From the NCBI GenBank assembly GCA_903907985.1, contig CAIVQG010000057.1, forward strand, positions 78,614-142,613: 64,000 bases of DNA, given 5' to 3'. The stretch's first letter is position 1, and the number at the start of each line of letters is the position of its first letter. A program made the position numbers and the translations under genes. Positions 31,501 through 39,581 of this stretch are shown one piece after another. The notes under the pieces are model-generated. The model was not told the origin of the DNA, made no database searches, and saw only the letters and a program-made list of their open reading frames with translations. Origin of the DNA: an uncultured delta proteobacterium (GTDB lineage Bacteria > Desulfobacterota > Syntrophia > Syntrophales > Smithellaceae).

Positions 31501-32901
31501 CCGTGCCTTATCTTTTTCAAAGGCATCTTCCCAAGTTTTGTAAATATCAGTGCCTTTATAACCGGCATTCTTATCAAGGTAATGCGCCTGTTTTGCAATG
31601 CTGGTTTGCAGTTCACTAATTTCTTTATTGCCCGTTGTGTTTTCTGCCGCCCCCTTCCCTTCCGGTGCGTTCAAATCGTCTCCTGGCGCCTCAAATTCCG
31701 GCACATCCATTTCCATGTTTTTCGCCGGGATAATCTTTTTACCCGATGCCATATCTTTCTTTAATTCCGATTCTATATCGGAACGCGGTTGAATGACCTG
31801 ATTGACTTTTGCTTTCATGTCTCCGGCAATGACTCCGTTCAGACCGTCCCTGAGCGCCGGGTATTTTTCCTTGAAACGGTCAATGTCGCCATCGTCGTAA
31901 ATACCGTTATCTTTTAATGTCTTGATCATTTCCAGCGCGTTATAGTGTGTAAATGGTTTCTCGTTGACCTTACCCGTTCTTAACCCCTCGTCTATTGCGT
32001 CATTAGCAAAAGAACCGACCTGCATTTTCTTTATGAAATCTTCAACCTCGGGAGTTGATTTTGCCCCTTTAATCGCATTGAAGGCCGACGATATTCCATG
32101 TGCGCCGGCAAAGGTTCCCGCACCCGTAACGATATTCTGGATTCTTTGTTGCCAATCTTCGGCTGGTTCCGTGGCTCCGGCACCACCGCCAAGTGCCGCA
32201 CTTGTGACATATCCTAATCGGGATTGTATCGTTTGTTCTGCCGGGGTAAGGGCCACTCTTTCCGCCACGGGCAGTTTTGCATTAGTATTGATCTTCTCCA
32301 GGACTTTGCCCACGGATTCCGGCATTAGCGCCCCTAATCCTTTTGATATTACCTTGCCACCCGCGCCGAAGGTCCCGAACATGAGTGCGTCTTTCCATGC
32401 GTTGCTCAACCTGTCTTCGCCTTCTTCGGGTTTGCGGATCGCTCCGTAAATGCCTCCAAGGACTCCACTCGTTGCGGCGGCACCTGCTACCGTTGCGCCC
32501 TCTGGCAACATAGCCGCTGCCGGTATTAATCCGACGCCCATTCCCGCAAGCCCTGCCGCACCTGTGGCTATTTTATGCACCATGCCGGCATCTTCGGGAG
32601 TCTTTGCGGCTGGGGCATACCCAAAGGTCGCCCCATGAACAAATGCAGTAGGAATGTCCTCAAAACCGGCTGGTGCAATATGAGCAACTGCATCGCGTAG
32701 TTTTTCGGTGAAGGGTCGTCTGTTTTGGGTGTCCTCCTGGACGACAGAATCAATGCCCTTTGCCTTCTTCCAAGTATCGTAATCAGGGTATTCTTTATCG
32801 TATCCGCCGCGAGTGAAAGCATCCTTTGCCACGGCTTCCAAGGGAACGTCGCCATATTGATCTTTATATTTTTGCTGGTATCCGAGAATATCAAAAGGCA
32901 T
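22513..32901 (-). CDS. Giant polyvalent virion protein (~3460 aa) with zincin metallopeptidase motifs and a RadC/JAB domain
   Basis: A single uninterrupted ORF. HEFGH lies at 27508-27522 in the context GAGSLAHEFGHAVDHYF, with an upstream FGNW...LNGMLGIAVGAQG block. A second HExxH (HESVH) lies at 26377-26391. The RadC-type JAB motif AHNHPSQ lies at 25675-25689. I chose the ATG at 32901, which has a GAGAGGA RBS; the track start at 32991 overlaps the upstream gene. Confidence 0.8.
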   Translation of the reverse strand: MPFDILGYQQKYKDQYGDVPLEAVAKDAFTRGGYDKEYPDYDTWKKAKGIDSVVQEDTQNRRPFTEKLRDAVAHIAPAGFEDIPTAFVHGATFGYAPAAKTPEDAGMVHKIATGAAGLAGMGVGLIPAAAMLPEGATVAGAAATSGVLGGIYGAIRKPEEGEDRLSNAWKDALMFGTFGAGGKVISKGLGALMPESVGKVLEKINTNAKLPVAERVALTPAEQTIQSRLGYVTSAALGGGAGATEPAEDWQQRIQNIVTGAGTFAGAHGISSAFNAIKGAKSTPEVEDFIKKMQVGSFANDAIDEGLRTGKVNEKPFTHYNALEMIKTLKDNGIYDDGDIDRFKEKYPALRDGLNGVIAGDMKAKVNQVIQPRSDIESELKKDMASGKKIIPAKNMEMDVPEFEAPGDDLNAPEGKGAAENTTGNKEISELQTSIAKQAHYLDKNAGYKGTDIYKTWEDAFEKDKARLAELTGATEPIKPAEDLQTDATLPIETANVSTPSPIIEPAPSSQAAAGTQAVTGIADNTTAVQPGVDTVTVPPVNAAPAPEGNWLGLKKDARLLYLYNKGKYTQKEALRQAAWVNHAIDTGQYNDLLHPQNKEARRLFEYKTGKSLSLHNTGTKDMFSGTPFERQDLATRLAAHAAETEEETKLSDIQTYALGDMHSRLMTGEAGGFKGSDSATGEDIYLKSGYPRWFSDMVKQFGGKNSPTGQKESISAKGIAYIINKGMAGKQMTRRQSVIWDHIKSVADREITSGDYRQTAAELERMAYEEQIRNLEEEGIDAGAISESENDLKTTAIEEIATEKDITEDELDFISDEADKFFEEIASTAEPKPAETKLTPEEVKAKQTDIPGASERDTFSLINPETEISKPLSEQVTPKNEDLFAAKKEPVSDAAKLWKGNLNGLEIDLWQSGSARWENKELRIEFELNAPEISANPGPYWEAGIRHKGWAQESKKFKTRAEAQKWLENYDLSKINKDSWGPGEQFINEMFGKGSYEKVKERITPDNEAVVKEAIADAKKNGPSSEFRSLFGGIDPEKAGTTNEAVSALAKKLGLKWESTTKAPAISHDKGIYAIDADKLNPIENNLADRPGGETVTRPPETAAAAPATLDKHQYRMGTKSATELIADKGIEKATEYYKSKKEFIDNSSSDKVKSYWKAYADVINKTTEAKDSTNHVTGFIADLNPLQKGKVLSALSAKRNHADYGKVTSREMIEKMSAEGRVPVVKESIDEKTVSDAKQERSRIFDNGNQNIKAARLKELEEIIANPPKKISYRMTAEDGSFYDMNKTEYNYAKYLESTKERPTAPETKKEPWEMTRDEYSSKTYEGKPTGPEWTEHRKQTHKREVNMALQSGKTVPPEALKDYPELLENESVNTGEKASTTADSGEELTYNKRNRIKNGIKWEDIADKNTALKIKEATKQNVYPKPDYQKMIDDGTDPLIAHIAKQVYDSIPVKPMTRNTATDDDMKLYISAVNRVMDGVKSWTNNKEAIAAWAGKQAKIAGANLGRPTSITDMAESNKTLLDMVYPEGWKNYRAEVMLLGGNKLLSALQPGYQQGKKAMAEVKAGWPVKQESWQRQGYSINGKEAAEITNGYQHEKDGTKTDLFFVRIKDSYSSHGKGYLTKDEAQQTIDKMKPVLLLDKYKRIVGQYDTKEEAAEAAREKVKRENKPTINEKGISVEAADRTGPARRLEGEDISSDKLRETFGFKGVNFGNWMKGDTNEAERQLHLNHAYDSFMDLAEILNVTPEAMSLNGMLGIAVGAQGTGKFAAHFVPGVNEINLTRTSGAGSLAHEFGHAVDHYFARQAGLEGRGEPYLTEHVGHGIGEDGYTKRNGQKVKAFEEGIRPEITALFNSIVKSMNKKTIDVSPEEVAKEIADRKQKAQNNIDGWLKNIRRDFTGHETEFDKLADRIKNLDLGDGKISAGPVHSFSPVVAEIRDLYKKIKGRIYPLDSIKGLQANVDHYAYLNSENYGEKHIPTSREVTTDYAKEAGKLDKDKSGKPYWNTNVEKFARAFDAYVSDTLEAKAAKNTYLSHGRNDETVPKGTERETIDKAFGNLIEEIKTKETDKGTALYSVEKATSDPLPTLDDVKSVFKGQEVTQLEDGSIAIKTQGGYDLIVKSVDRIDPDHAVLQIGHGREFLKDGEMIAGKYQDGAIELVKGVGDKWTLHHESVHFMEDMGILNENEVGLLQRHIRNLVNDGKFETKNEKDIGGAEDRANFLADALTKEPKGLLGRITSKIQDFVDKIVNAFGIRTVKGITRDISSGKINNQVDNRGTGVYNNMKGETVYGSQVSDTTGGALRTDTGTNAGIPYQPTVVGREKVGSVSAATRKITSAQEAAEVASQYLSKYPDEHLLSLVLGKNGKLMHIYRHTVGLRGQSQASPSAIIGEALNTPGATTIIVAHNHPSQYTKFSDEDNVFYRDLKNMAEGSGLDVQDSIIVTATKYSSYEEGENTKVIGTGEGKIKIPLIGRVFESIHNGEKISGPDQALESAQRHIPGGGTLLLDGNNAIAGKIDLSDYRKIRGESQKELLQELEKRNARRMIVYSPAREIEPSEAHNIKMFINATSGEINLLDIIDSRGSMENRGMMPVERGTSFYSVSKTIDEYKDKLDKTTDKVATIKNAKEGLELAYDGLKRAFYPAARTENANKAAETIISQMGKNFHQEALLKGKLNEVSKHYSESTSVAAKALDMMQTSTGVLADATFNKMPKEKQYDFIARIQNGKRQETPELQGIADTVSKMFDDLYKDAESVTPGAVGYRKGYFPGMWEDEGAAERFFNDRAKNMEGSKAFTKNKVYDDIQEGIAAGLKPKGTPLDMAFAKMHEVQKYVTTHRVMQEMEADKTAVLIKASEPAPSGYTLIPEPYGIVTKRAKVNLAGQQTNLSNELQGKPEMETFRYAVKDDVAQVINNYLSRSLYENKYVGSAYAGYMNAANTLNQFQLGVGSAFHAGFTSMEAVISKFALGVKAMARGDVADAVKLMAESPLQVYKNPMLGDKLIRAYQGESVSGKEIPQIVKWLEMAGARAHMDNRFRTTTTDKMIKNWSEGSKVAAIARSPFALVEQMARPILEWLVPRQKFGVFAELATEWNKQNPGATHEDTRTAMQYIWNRVDSRLGQVVYERLFTNNVAKNVVQALLRAPGWTGGTIVEVGGGVNDFANVFRDMAHGKKPVMTDKMAYTISLLTITGLINGVMTKLLTGEDPKDGKDLLAFRTGKIDEHGNPERMMLPTYAKDIYAYINKPGTTLLNKTHPMISLMADIAKNKDYYGTQIRDKESNPAVQTAQAGVYAAKAFVPFWMRGAQKASDRGDSAASMLSPLIGIMPATAEFTKTKAQKLMSEILQDRPKGSMTKEKADTNQLKQKLETRLRNHDNTANTDVQEYFKAGKLSRNDVISIQKAVRIPYMVHAFQSLSFPEAMRVYSVATPDEKKTLAPLLRQKMHLISNMPPENRQDALLKYREVMGG

Positions 32902-32914
32902 TGTTTTTCCTCTC

Positions 32915-33631
32915 TTAAAAACCAAAAATGTTCGCTCTTTGTTTTTTTCGTACGCCGGGAAGCATCCCAAGATATTTATCTTCTTCTTCATCTTGTGTCA
33001 TTGGCTGGGGACCGGATCGGAACTCCATACTCTGCCCACCAGTTAATGTTGATCGTGCTGCTGGCAGGACACCCGGGGTTGCGAGAGTTGCGGTTGGCCC
33101 TATGGGATCACCAGGTCCAGCCGGAGTTATTGCCGGACCCGGTTTATCAAACGACCTCACTGTTGCCCCACTGTTGCCCTGATTTTGGTCCATTAATTTT
33201 TGGCGCAAGTCGATAATCTGATCTGATGTCATTAAAGGATTACCTTTAATCGCCGCCGTAATGACTGCCTCATGGCTTCCTGCCTTCCCCGTTGTACCAG
33301 CATATAGTCGATCGGCTTTATACTTTTCTCCCTCAAGGGCACTGGCAGCGACGTCTCGATGCTGGTTTGCACCAATCTGAGCGACATTGGCAGCGCTGTC
33401 GTTTGCCAGGTTTTGTCTGGCCAGCAATCCGGTTTCGGTAAGGTTCTGTTTTACCAGGTCGTTATCATGGGCCCGAATGTCTTTAGCGGTGGCGAATTGG
33501 TTTGCTTGCTCCGTTGCCCTGTGTTGTTCGTAAAGCAGGTCTGATCTTCTTTTTTTCTCCTCTGCTTGCTGGAAAATATCGCCGCCTTTTACCTGTTCCA
33601 TTATACTGTCAATCATAGCGTTCAAATCCAT
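32915..33631 (-). CDS. Hypothetical virion protein
   Basis: 238-aa ORF tightly packed in the late operon, with a low-complexity Pro/Gly-rich C-terminal half. Confidence 0.55.
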   Translation of the reverse strand: MDLNAMIDSIMEQVKGGDIFQQAEEKKRRSDLLYEQHRATEQANQFATAKDIRAHDNDLVKQNLTETGLLARQNLANDSAANVAQIGANQHRDVAASALEGEKYKADRLYAGTTGKAGSHEAVITAAIKGNPLMTSDQIIDLRQKLMDQNQGNSGATVRSFDKPGPAITPAGPGDPIGPTATLATPGVLPAARSTLTGGQSMEFRSGPQPMTQDEEEDKYLGMLPGVRKKQRANIFGF

Positions 33632-33643
33632 GGCCGTACTCCT

Positions 33644-35089
33644 TTAGTTTGTGCAGATGATTCCCGTTATTTTCTTGTAAAACGTCGCCGGGATGATTAC
33701 ATAGGTTGCCGGTTCTTTTAGTTTATCCGTATTCTTGAATGTCGGCTGATCCAGCCAGGCAAATGATTTCTTGGCCTTTTCTTTCTCATCCACCGTGACA
33801 GGTGTTGCCGTGCTGTCCAGTTTCAAGACAGCGACACGATCACCAAAGGCGTAAGAGAAGAAATCAGAGGAATCAATGATGACTTCGCACCCTTGAATCT
33901 TGACGTAATACTGATTGCCGATTCCGTCGTCGTTTCGATCTTCCTCCAGAATTACCTTGGTAACTACGCCGGAAGTAAGATTGCCTGTTTCCATCCAGTT
34001 ACCGGCATAAAGAAACGGTGAGGATTCCTGGAACCACCAGACATGGGGAGGACAAGCAACCGGTCGGCAAAGTATCCCGATAAACTCTCCGGGGACCGGA
34101 AATGTACTATCTTTATGAATCCAGTACCGCATCCAGAATTTCGGTTTTACGTCTTCCCCGTAATCCTTTATTCCACTGGAAAACAATTCTACGTCCCGGC
34201 TGGCCGCGCACACCGTCTCGCCCGCCGGCGCATCTGTGTTTTGCCCGGCTACGGGAGTCTCGGGAACTAAATACCCGCGTTCGACAAGGTGCCGGCCATA
34301 ACAATAATTCTCCCCGGCCAGCACATTGCCGTTCCCGTCTTTCATATCCGGGAAGATCCCCGGTTCACTTTGCAAGGAAGGTTTGTCCCTGTCCTGTAAA
34401 ACAACCGCAGCCCTGGTGTAGTAATTAGGAAGCGCATCCACCGCTGTAAATTTATACCCGCTCAATTTTGTTTCCTGCATTAAAGAAATGACTTCCATTA
34501 TTCCCAACTGTCCGATAGGGAAGGAAATATAGCCAACGTAATCATTGGGGTTAAAATCTTTCGGACCGTCCGAAGCGTATCTTGCCCCTATGCCTTTCGT
34601 CCATAATTCAAAGGCCAGTGTATTGATCCAGTAAATACCGTTGTTTTGGTATTGGGTTTTCACTTTCATGTCATAAACATCAAGGGCTGTGTCAATACTC
34701 AACTGCTTTGCCAAATCCCTCAAAACCTTTAATGGTTTCAAACCCGGAAGTTTTGTCAAGAAACTTAGGTTTTCCGCCATGTACGGCCTGTAATCGTAAT
34801 GGTCAGCATCAGCATTGGAATATGAGCCGGAAGTCGACGGCGTAATCGGAGTCCCGGTTTTCGGGTCAAAATACCTCGCCATAAAATTAGCATGGGTAAA
34901 CAGATACCAGAGATCAGTCGCAAGGGGGGCAGCCGATGCGGTGCCTGTATCACTGCGTACAAAGTCTCCCGGCTCCATCGTCGCCACAAGGCCGTCAATT
35001 TGATTCACAAGATAGGAAAGAACATTCCCGCTGCCGGCCAGACCTTTCATACTTGCTAAGATTCGGGATAATTGCTCTTTATCTGCCAT
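33644..35089 (-). CDS. Hypothetical phage structural protein
   Basis: 481-aa ORF in the late operon, with a 1-nt overlap to the upstream gene. Confidence 0.55.
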   Translation of the reverse strand: MADKEQLSRILASMKGLAGSGNVLSYLVNQIDGLVATMEPGDFVRSDTGTASAAPLATDLWYLFTHANFMARYFDPKTGTPITPSTSGSYSNADADHYDYRPYMAENLSFLTKLPGLKPLKVLRDLAKQLSIDTALDVYDMKVKTQYQNNGIYWINTLAFELWTKGIGARYASDGPKDFNPNDYVGYISFPIGQLGIMEVISLMQETKLSGYKFTAVDALPNYYTRAAVVLQDRDKPSLQSEPGIFPDMKDGNGNVLAGENYCYGRHLVERGYLVPETPVAGQNTDAPAGETVCAASRDVELFSSGIKDYGEDVKPKFWMRYWIHKDSTFPVPGEFIGILCRPVACPPHVWWFQESSPFLYAGNWMETGNLTSGVVTKVILEEDRNDDGIGNQYYVKIQGCEVIIDSSDFFSYAFGDRVAVLKLDSTATPVTVDEKEKAKKSFAWLDQPTFKNTDKLKEPATYVIIPATFYKKITGIICTN

Positions 35090-36246
35090 TACACGTCCTT
35101 CTTAACGGTATGTTTTAAGGTTGTCACTATATCCGCGGCCGCCAATGTTTTCTGCACTTCTATCGCTGCCAGAATTTCCGTGTGCCTATCCGCCACCTTT
35201 GTATCCATTACGGATATATGTGCTGTATCAAGTGATGTTTGAAGGGTTTTAGCAGCATTGGCAAAGGTAACATCCAACCCGACCAGTTTTAGTCTATTGT
35301 CGAGTTCCAGGTCTTTTTCTTTCCGGCGCATGGTCAATGCATCTTCTCTCCCGGTCTGTTTAACGTCCATCATAACTACTTTACTGTTGTAACTATCCGT
35401 TGCCTGCTGTGTTAAGATGGTGCGGGTATAATCAATTTCCGCGTCCACTTCGCCCGTTTTCGCTGTGGCCAGTGTTACCCGTGAAGCGGCGACGCCCAGC
35501 TCGGCTTCGGCTTTCTGTGTTCTTGTCCGTTCAATGGTCAGTTCACTGTCCAGTAACCCTATTTTATTTATGGCCCGGTCAGTTTCCGCAATATCAATTT
35601 TCGTCCGGGCTGTTCTTAAATCAATATCCACAAGTTCCTGCGCCGCCTGTACCGTGTCGATCTGTATTTTCAAAACGGCATTGGCTGTGTCCAGTTTTTG
35701 AATATCAACTTTGGCCGACTGAATTGCCTTGTCCGCAATTTCGATATCAACTTCACTTAAATGAAGTGACTCCATCTCGATATAGGCTTGAACCTCCGTG
35801 ATCCGGGCGGCGGTCTTCTCTGTTTCGCTGATGACTTTGGCGGCGAGGGTTTCCAGTGCAGCCCGGTCGGAAGCCAGCGCCGCTATTTTCGCATCCCATA
35901 TATCGTCGTCAGCTTCTATTCCCGTCCTTTTCGTGACCATCTTTTCATCGTGGATGAGTTGGTCAATCCCTGACAGGTACCGTTTTGATACGATGTCGGC
36001 TACGGTCACCCTCTCCTGGGTGGTCAATGCTGCTATTTTGGAATTATAATCAGCCAGCAGGTTTGCCAGGTCCACGGATTCTATCTCTGTCAGGTACTTG
36101 TGCTGGTTTAAATATGAAGTGGAATACAGGCCATAGATAATTCCACGTTCTACCGTCTGTGCGTCGTCAAACGGGAATGAATGAACGAAAGGCGCCCATG
36201 TCATTGCTTCCCTCGCCATTGCTCTTGAATATGCTTCAGTGGACAT
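35089..36246 (-). CDS. Coiled-coil phage structural or internal protein
   Basis: 385 aa, highly alpha-helical with heptad-like character (rich in A/E/T/I/D). Confidence 0.55.
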   Translation of the reverse strand: MSTEAYSRAMAREAMTWAPFVHSFPFDDAQTVERGIIYGLYSTSYLNQHKYLTEIESVDLANLLADYNSKIAALTTQERVTVADIVSKRYLSGIDQLIHDEKMVTKRTGIEADDDIWDAKIAALASDRAALETLAAKVISETEKTAARITEVQAYIEMESLHLSEVDIEIADKAIQSAKVDIQKLDTANAVLKIQIDTVQAAQELVDIDLRTARTKIDIAETDRAINKIGLLDSELTIERTRTQKAEAELGVAASRVTLATAKTGEVDAEIDYTRTILTQQATDSYNSKVVMMDVKQTGREDALTMRRKEKDLELDNRLKLVGLDVTFANAAKTLQTSLDTAHISVMDTKVADRHTEILAAIEVQKTLAAADIVTTLKHTVKKDV

Positions 36247-36256
36247 ATTTCACCTA

Positions 36257-37465
36257 TTAACTAATTAAGTGGATTAACGATGCCGACAACTTTGCCGCTG
36301 CCTTTACTTTGGCCTCCTGTTGCATTCCATCAACCTGATAACCTGTAAGGCGGCTGTCCGCGTTCCTTTCCCCGGCCGTTAACGTGTTTGTGCTTGTCAA
36401 CCTGGTCGCATTCCTTATGGTGTCGGCTGCGGTCCTGTCAGCGATACCGGTTGTCGCGGTTGCCCTTTCTTCTTCCAGGGTTTCAGCAAAGTCTTTCATA
36501 ACGTCGTTTTGATAGGTCATGGTCAGGTCTTTTTCATGGCCGACGAGATTTTGTTCCAACCCGAATTGCGTTTCTTCCAGTGTTCTCCTGTCGCCCATCA
36601 ACTCCAGATGTTTCGTTTCCGTCTTGATCTCTGCGGCGAGTTCGTCCAATTGATAACCGGATTTTGTTATGGCTGCTTCAGCCTGAGATATTTTTTCAGC
36701 GGCGATCTGTAATTCCGTTGGAATCTGCTTGTTCGTGATCAGCGTTGCGTATTCTTCGGACTCCGCGGCCAGGGCGTTTATGAAAGGCGTTAAGGTCTGC
36801 TTCTTTAACAGCAATTCATTTTCTGCTGCCATGAAGGCAGAGTATGCCGCCGCCTTGGATTGTTCAATGGCAAGAAGTTCCTGCTCTTTGGTCAGGATCA
36901 CTTCGATAATGGGTAAAAGTTCCATTCTCTTTTGTGCGGTCAATAGTTTCCCGTTGGCCAGTTGGACCTCGTAGGGCGATACTTCCCCTTCCAGTTCGGC
37001 CAGGGTCTTTCTATGCGCCTCCATGGCCAGCTCGATTGTCGTTTTTGCTTCCATCAGGGTAATTACCCGTTTGGAAACTTCGATGGCCAGCAGGTCCAGG
37101 GTGGCCTCGTCAGTCGCTTCGCCCTTTTTGATCCCTTGCAATTCCGCATCCCAGGCAGTCATTAGGGCCTGCTTGTCGATCTCCCAGGTTATCAATGCTT
37201 CTTTATAAGACAGGTCGTAAGCAATGCCGGATTGTTTCAGCTCCCTATCAATCGTTTCGGTAAGGATCTTGTAATTGAGGTCGGACAATCCCATCTTCGC
37301 GGCAAGTTCAATTCTGTTTTCGGCGTCATAGGCGAAGCCGGGTATGGACAGAAAGCCGCGTCCGGCAATTGCCGCCATCAGTTTGTCGTGATCATCCTGA
37401 TACTTGGAAATGATCGGCGTCTTTGCTTTCCGGTATTGTGCCTGTTCCCGTAATGTTTCAGTCAT
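36257..37465 (-). CDS. Coiled-coil phage structural or internal protein
   Basis: 402 aa, helical and E/A/L/T-rich. Confidence 0.55.
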   Translation of the reverse strand: MTETLREQAQYRKAKTPIISKYQDDHDKLMAAIAGRGFLSIPGFAYDAENRIELAAKMGLSDLNYKILTETIDRELKQSGIAYDLSYKEALITWEIDKQALMTAWDAELQGIKKGEATDEATLDLLAIEVSKRVITLMEAKTTIELAMEAHRKTLAELEGEVSPYEVQLANGKLLTAQKRMELLPIIEVILTKEQELLAIEQSKAAAYSAFMAAENELLLKKQTLTPFINALAAESEEYATLITNKQIPTELQIAAEKISQAEAAITKSGYQLDELAAEIKTETKHLELMGDRRTLEETQFGLEQNLVGHEKDLTMTYQNDVMKDFAETLEEERATATTGIADRTAADTIRNATRLTSTNTLTAGERNADSRLTGYQVDGMQQEAKVKAAAKLSASLIHLIS

Positions 37466-37472
37466 ATCAAAC

Positions 37473-39572
37473 CTACTTTGTCAGGACGATTGGTATTAAC
37501 TTTATGGTATCAAGCGACTCATAATCCGCAACAGACAATTTCCATTTTTTCGCTTTTAATTCATGGGAGGCAACGACTTTGCCCCGGGTGTCAATATTGT
37601 AGACCTGTCTTGATCCGTCGTCGGTTTCAAAGACCATTACCGGGTTAGTTCCGGATATCCCCAAATAACCATGGCGGAATCTCTTTTGATTGGGTGCGCC
37701 GAAGTCTGTTTCGCTTAAAATCGCCCCAGTGTGTATTGGACTGCCGGCGTCGGTTGTCCCGGTGAGTTCGTAAATCCCCGTGTCATTGGCGCCGAAAGCT
37801 CTGTTCTCGAAAACGCAATAAGAGTTGAAATCAAATCCGGAATACATGGACGGCATGAACTTAGGAGTATTCAAAACGTAACATTCCCAAACTTCCCCGC
37901 TGAATTCTACCGTGACATCCATGGCCAGCGTGTCATAAACCGCTGAGTAAAGAGTACCGTGGCTGGTGAGCGTTTCCGTGAAAGTGATTGGGTCAGTAAC
38001 CGTCAGGCCAATTCTGTTTATCAGGCTTGCCGCATCCGCCAAACCGATTGATTCCTGAACCGTGTCCATGAACAACGCCGCAATGCTGGCAACATCAACC
38101 GCGAATAGAATGTCGTTAATCAAAAGACTCAAAACATGAGCCGGAGAATCGGATAGCTCCACGGCGTCGTTTACAGATTCGCTTCCGGACCGGATCGCAT
38201 TTACCAATTCCGTAAATCCAAGGTATTCGAGAACGGCGATGGTCAAGGCTCGGGTTACGATATCGGTGATCGTGATTGATTCTGTTATTGTGTCCGAAAA
38301 GCGTTTCCCCATCTGCAAAATATCGTAAAGATTAAGGGTGTCCGGTACAATCTCCCGGCCGTTCCAGTTGTTTGTCTGGCTGTCAATCAAGGTAAGCCAA
38401 TCAGAAATAATCAGGCCCATGACCGTTGAAAGAGAATCGGTAAGCGTTAAAGCCTCTATTATTGACGTTGCCCAGGCCGGATTGAGTTCGTCGTAAAGCA
38501 TGATTATTTCTTCCATGAGTAAGGTAAAATAGAAAGAGCTACCATCCACCATGCCCAGGCTCTCGGTAAGTGTGTCGTTATAATGAGTAGGCGAGGTGGC
38601 CTCGAATAGATCATTAACTGTGGCCTGTTCGTAGAGTTCATTTACCCTGTTGACACCAGTAAAATCCCAACCAGTATTGTAAAAACCGTCTTCATTCCCG
38701 GCGCTGGTTAATGCGTTAAACGTGGCCCCGCCTGATGCACCAGCTCTAATCAATTTGCACTTAGTTGCGGTAACGGTTCCGCTGGATTTTACTAAGTTAA
38801 ATGTAGATGCGCTGCGTAAGATAAGACTATAATTATTAACACCTGTAAATGTCGCGGATGTACTTATCGTAGTAGTGGTTGCTCCGGAATATCCATCACC
38901 AAATAATATATCGCCATCTCCGGTTATCGATAATGTCTTTATTGTGGCCGTATCAAAACTATTTAAAGTAACAGTAACGCCGGAAACTGCGGAGATATTT
39001 ATTGTTCCATATGTTCGGGTAGAATAGGTATTACAACCAAAATCCATGTAACAGTTATTTGATCCAACTGCATAAAAAGCGGTAAATGCGAATGTCGCAT
39101 TCGCTGCATCCATTGCAGGACAATTCTGGGCATCTACAAGGGCTATGAATGTGCCCCATGTAGCATTGGTGCCATTGACCGTTATAGTCGATGTGCCCAA
39201 AGAGCATACGGTACAGGGATACCCTATAGAAAAACTCCGATTTACCGTTATGTTATAGTTATTCGTGGTTAAACTGCCGGAGCAATCAAATGAATATATA
39301 TTAGTGAGAGCCGAGGATAATGATAAACTACCTGCGGATGTAACACTGTATACAACGGCTTTCGAGGCTGAATTATTGATGGCGCAGAGAACTGCCATGT
39401 TTATGGTGAGGGTTAAATTGTATCCATTGCCAGTAGGAAACGAAGAAGCGTCGAATACAGCCGTATCTCCTGTTGTAGGAACAGACGCACCGCCTGTCCC
39501 ATTACTGGATGTTGACCAGTGGGCCGTATCAGAAAAATTACCGCTATTTCCTATCCAATATCGATTTGCCAC
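37473..39572 (-). CDS. Tail fibre/spike-like protein
   Basis: 699 aa. The N-terminus MANRYWIGNSGNFSDTAHWSTSSNGTGGASVPTTGDTAVFD and Thr/Ser/Asn-rich beta-type repeats are typical of phage fibre proteins. Confidence 0.5.
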   Translation of the reverse strand: MANRYWIGNSGNFSDTAHWSTSSNGTGGASVPTTGDTAVFDASSFPTGNGYNLTLTINMAVLCAINNSASKAVVYSVTSAGSLSLSSALTNIYSFDCSGSLTTNNYNITVNRSFSIGYPCTVCSLGTSTITVNGTNATWGTFIALVDAQNCPAMDAANATFAFTAFYAVGSNNCYMDFGCNTYSTRTYGTINISAVSGVTVTLNSFDTATIKTLSITGDGDILFGDGYSGATTTTISTSATFTGVNNYSLILRSASTFNLVKSSGTVTATKCKLIRAGASGGATFNALTSAGNEDGFYNTGWDFTGVNRVNELYEQATVNDLFEATSPTHYNDTLTESLGMVDGSSFYFTLLMEEIIMLYDELNPAWATSIIEALTLTDSLSTVMGLIISDWLTLIDSQTNNWNGREIVPDTLNLYDILQMGKRFSDTITESITITDIVTRALTIAVLEYLGFTELVNAIRSGSESVNDAVELSDSPAHVLSLLINDILFAVDVASIAALFMDTVQESIGLADAASLINRIGLTVTDPITFTETLTSHGTLYSAVYDTLAMDVTVEFSGEVWECYVLNTPKFMPSMYSGFDFNSYCVFENRAFGANDTGIYELTGTTDAGSPIHTGAILSETDFGAPNQKRFRHGYLGISGTNPVMVFETDDGSRQVYNIDTRGKVVASHELKAKKWKLSVADYESLDTIKLIPIVLTK

Positions 39573-39581
39573 TTTTCACCT

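Noticed and set aside
23505-32638. About 30 plus-strand and alternative-frame ORFs of 60-180 aa inside the giant gene (for example 30092-30634 and 31964-32449).
   Set aside because: They are shadow ORFs antisense or out of frame to a long, continuous, well-supported CDS, with low-complexity Ser/Ala/Pro-rich translations.
22513-32991. The giant protein as an N4-like virion RNA polymerase (similar ~3500-aa size); also a DDGDID (DxDxD-like) string at 31879-31896.
   Set aside because: I could find no T7-like or two-barrel RNAP motif set. The recognisable modules are zincin and RadC/JAB, which fit polyvalent proteins. The acidic string is isolated and probably fortuitous. I also rejected the track start at 32991, because it overlaps the upstream gene by 77 nt and the ATG at 32901 has an RBS.
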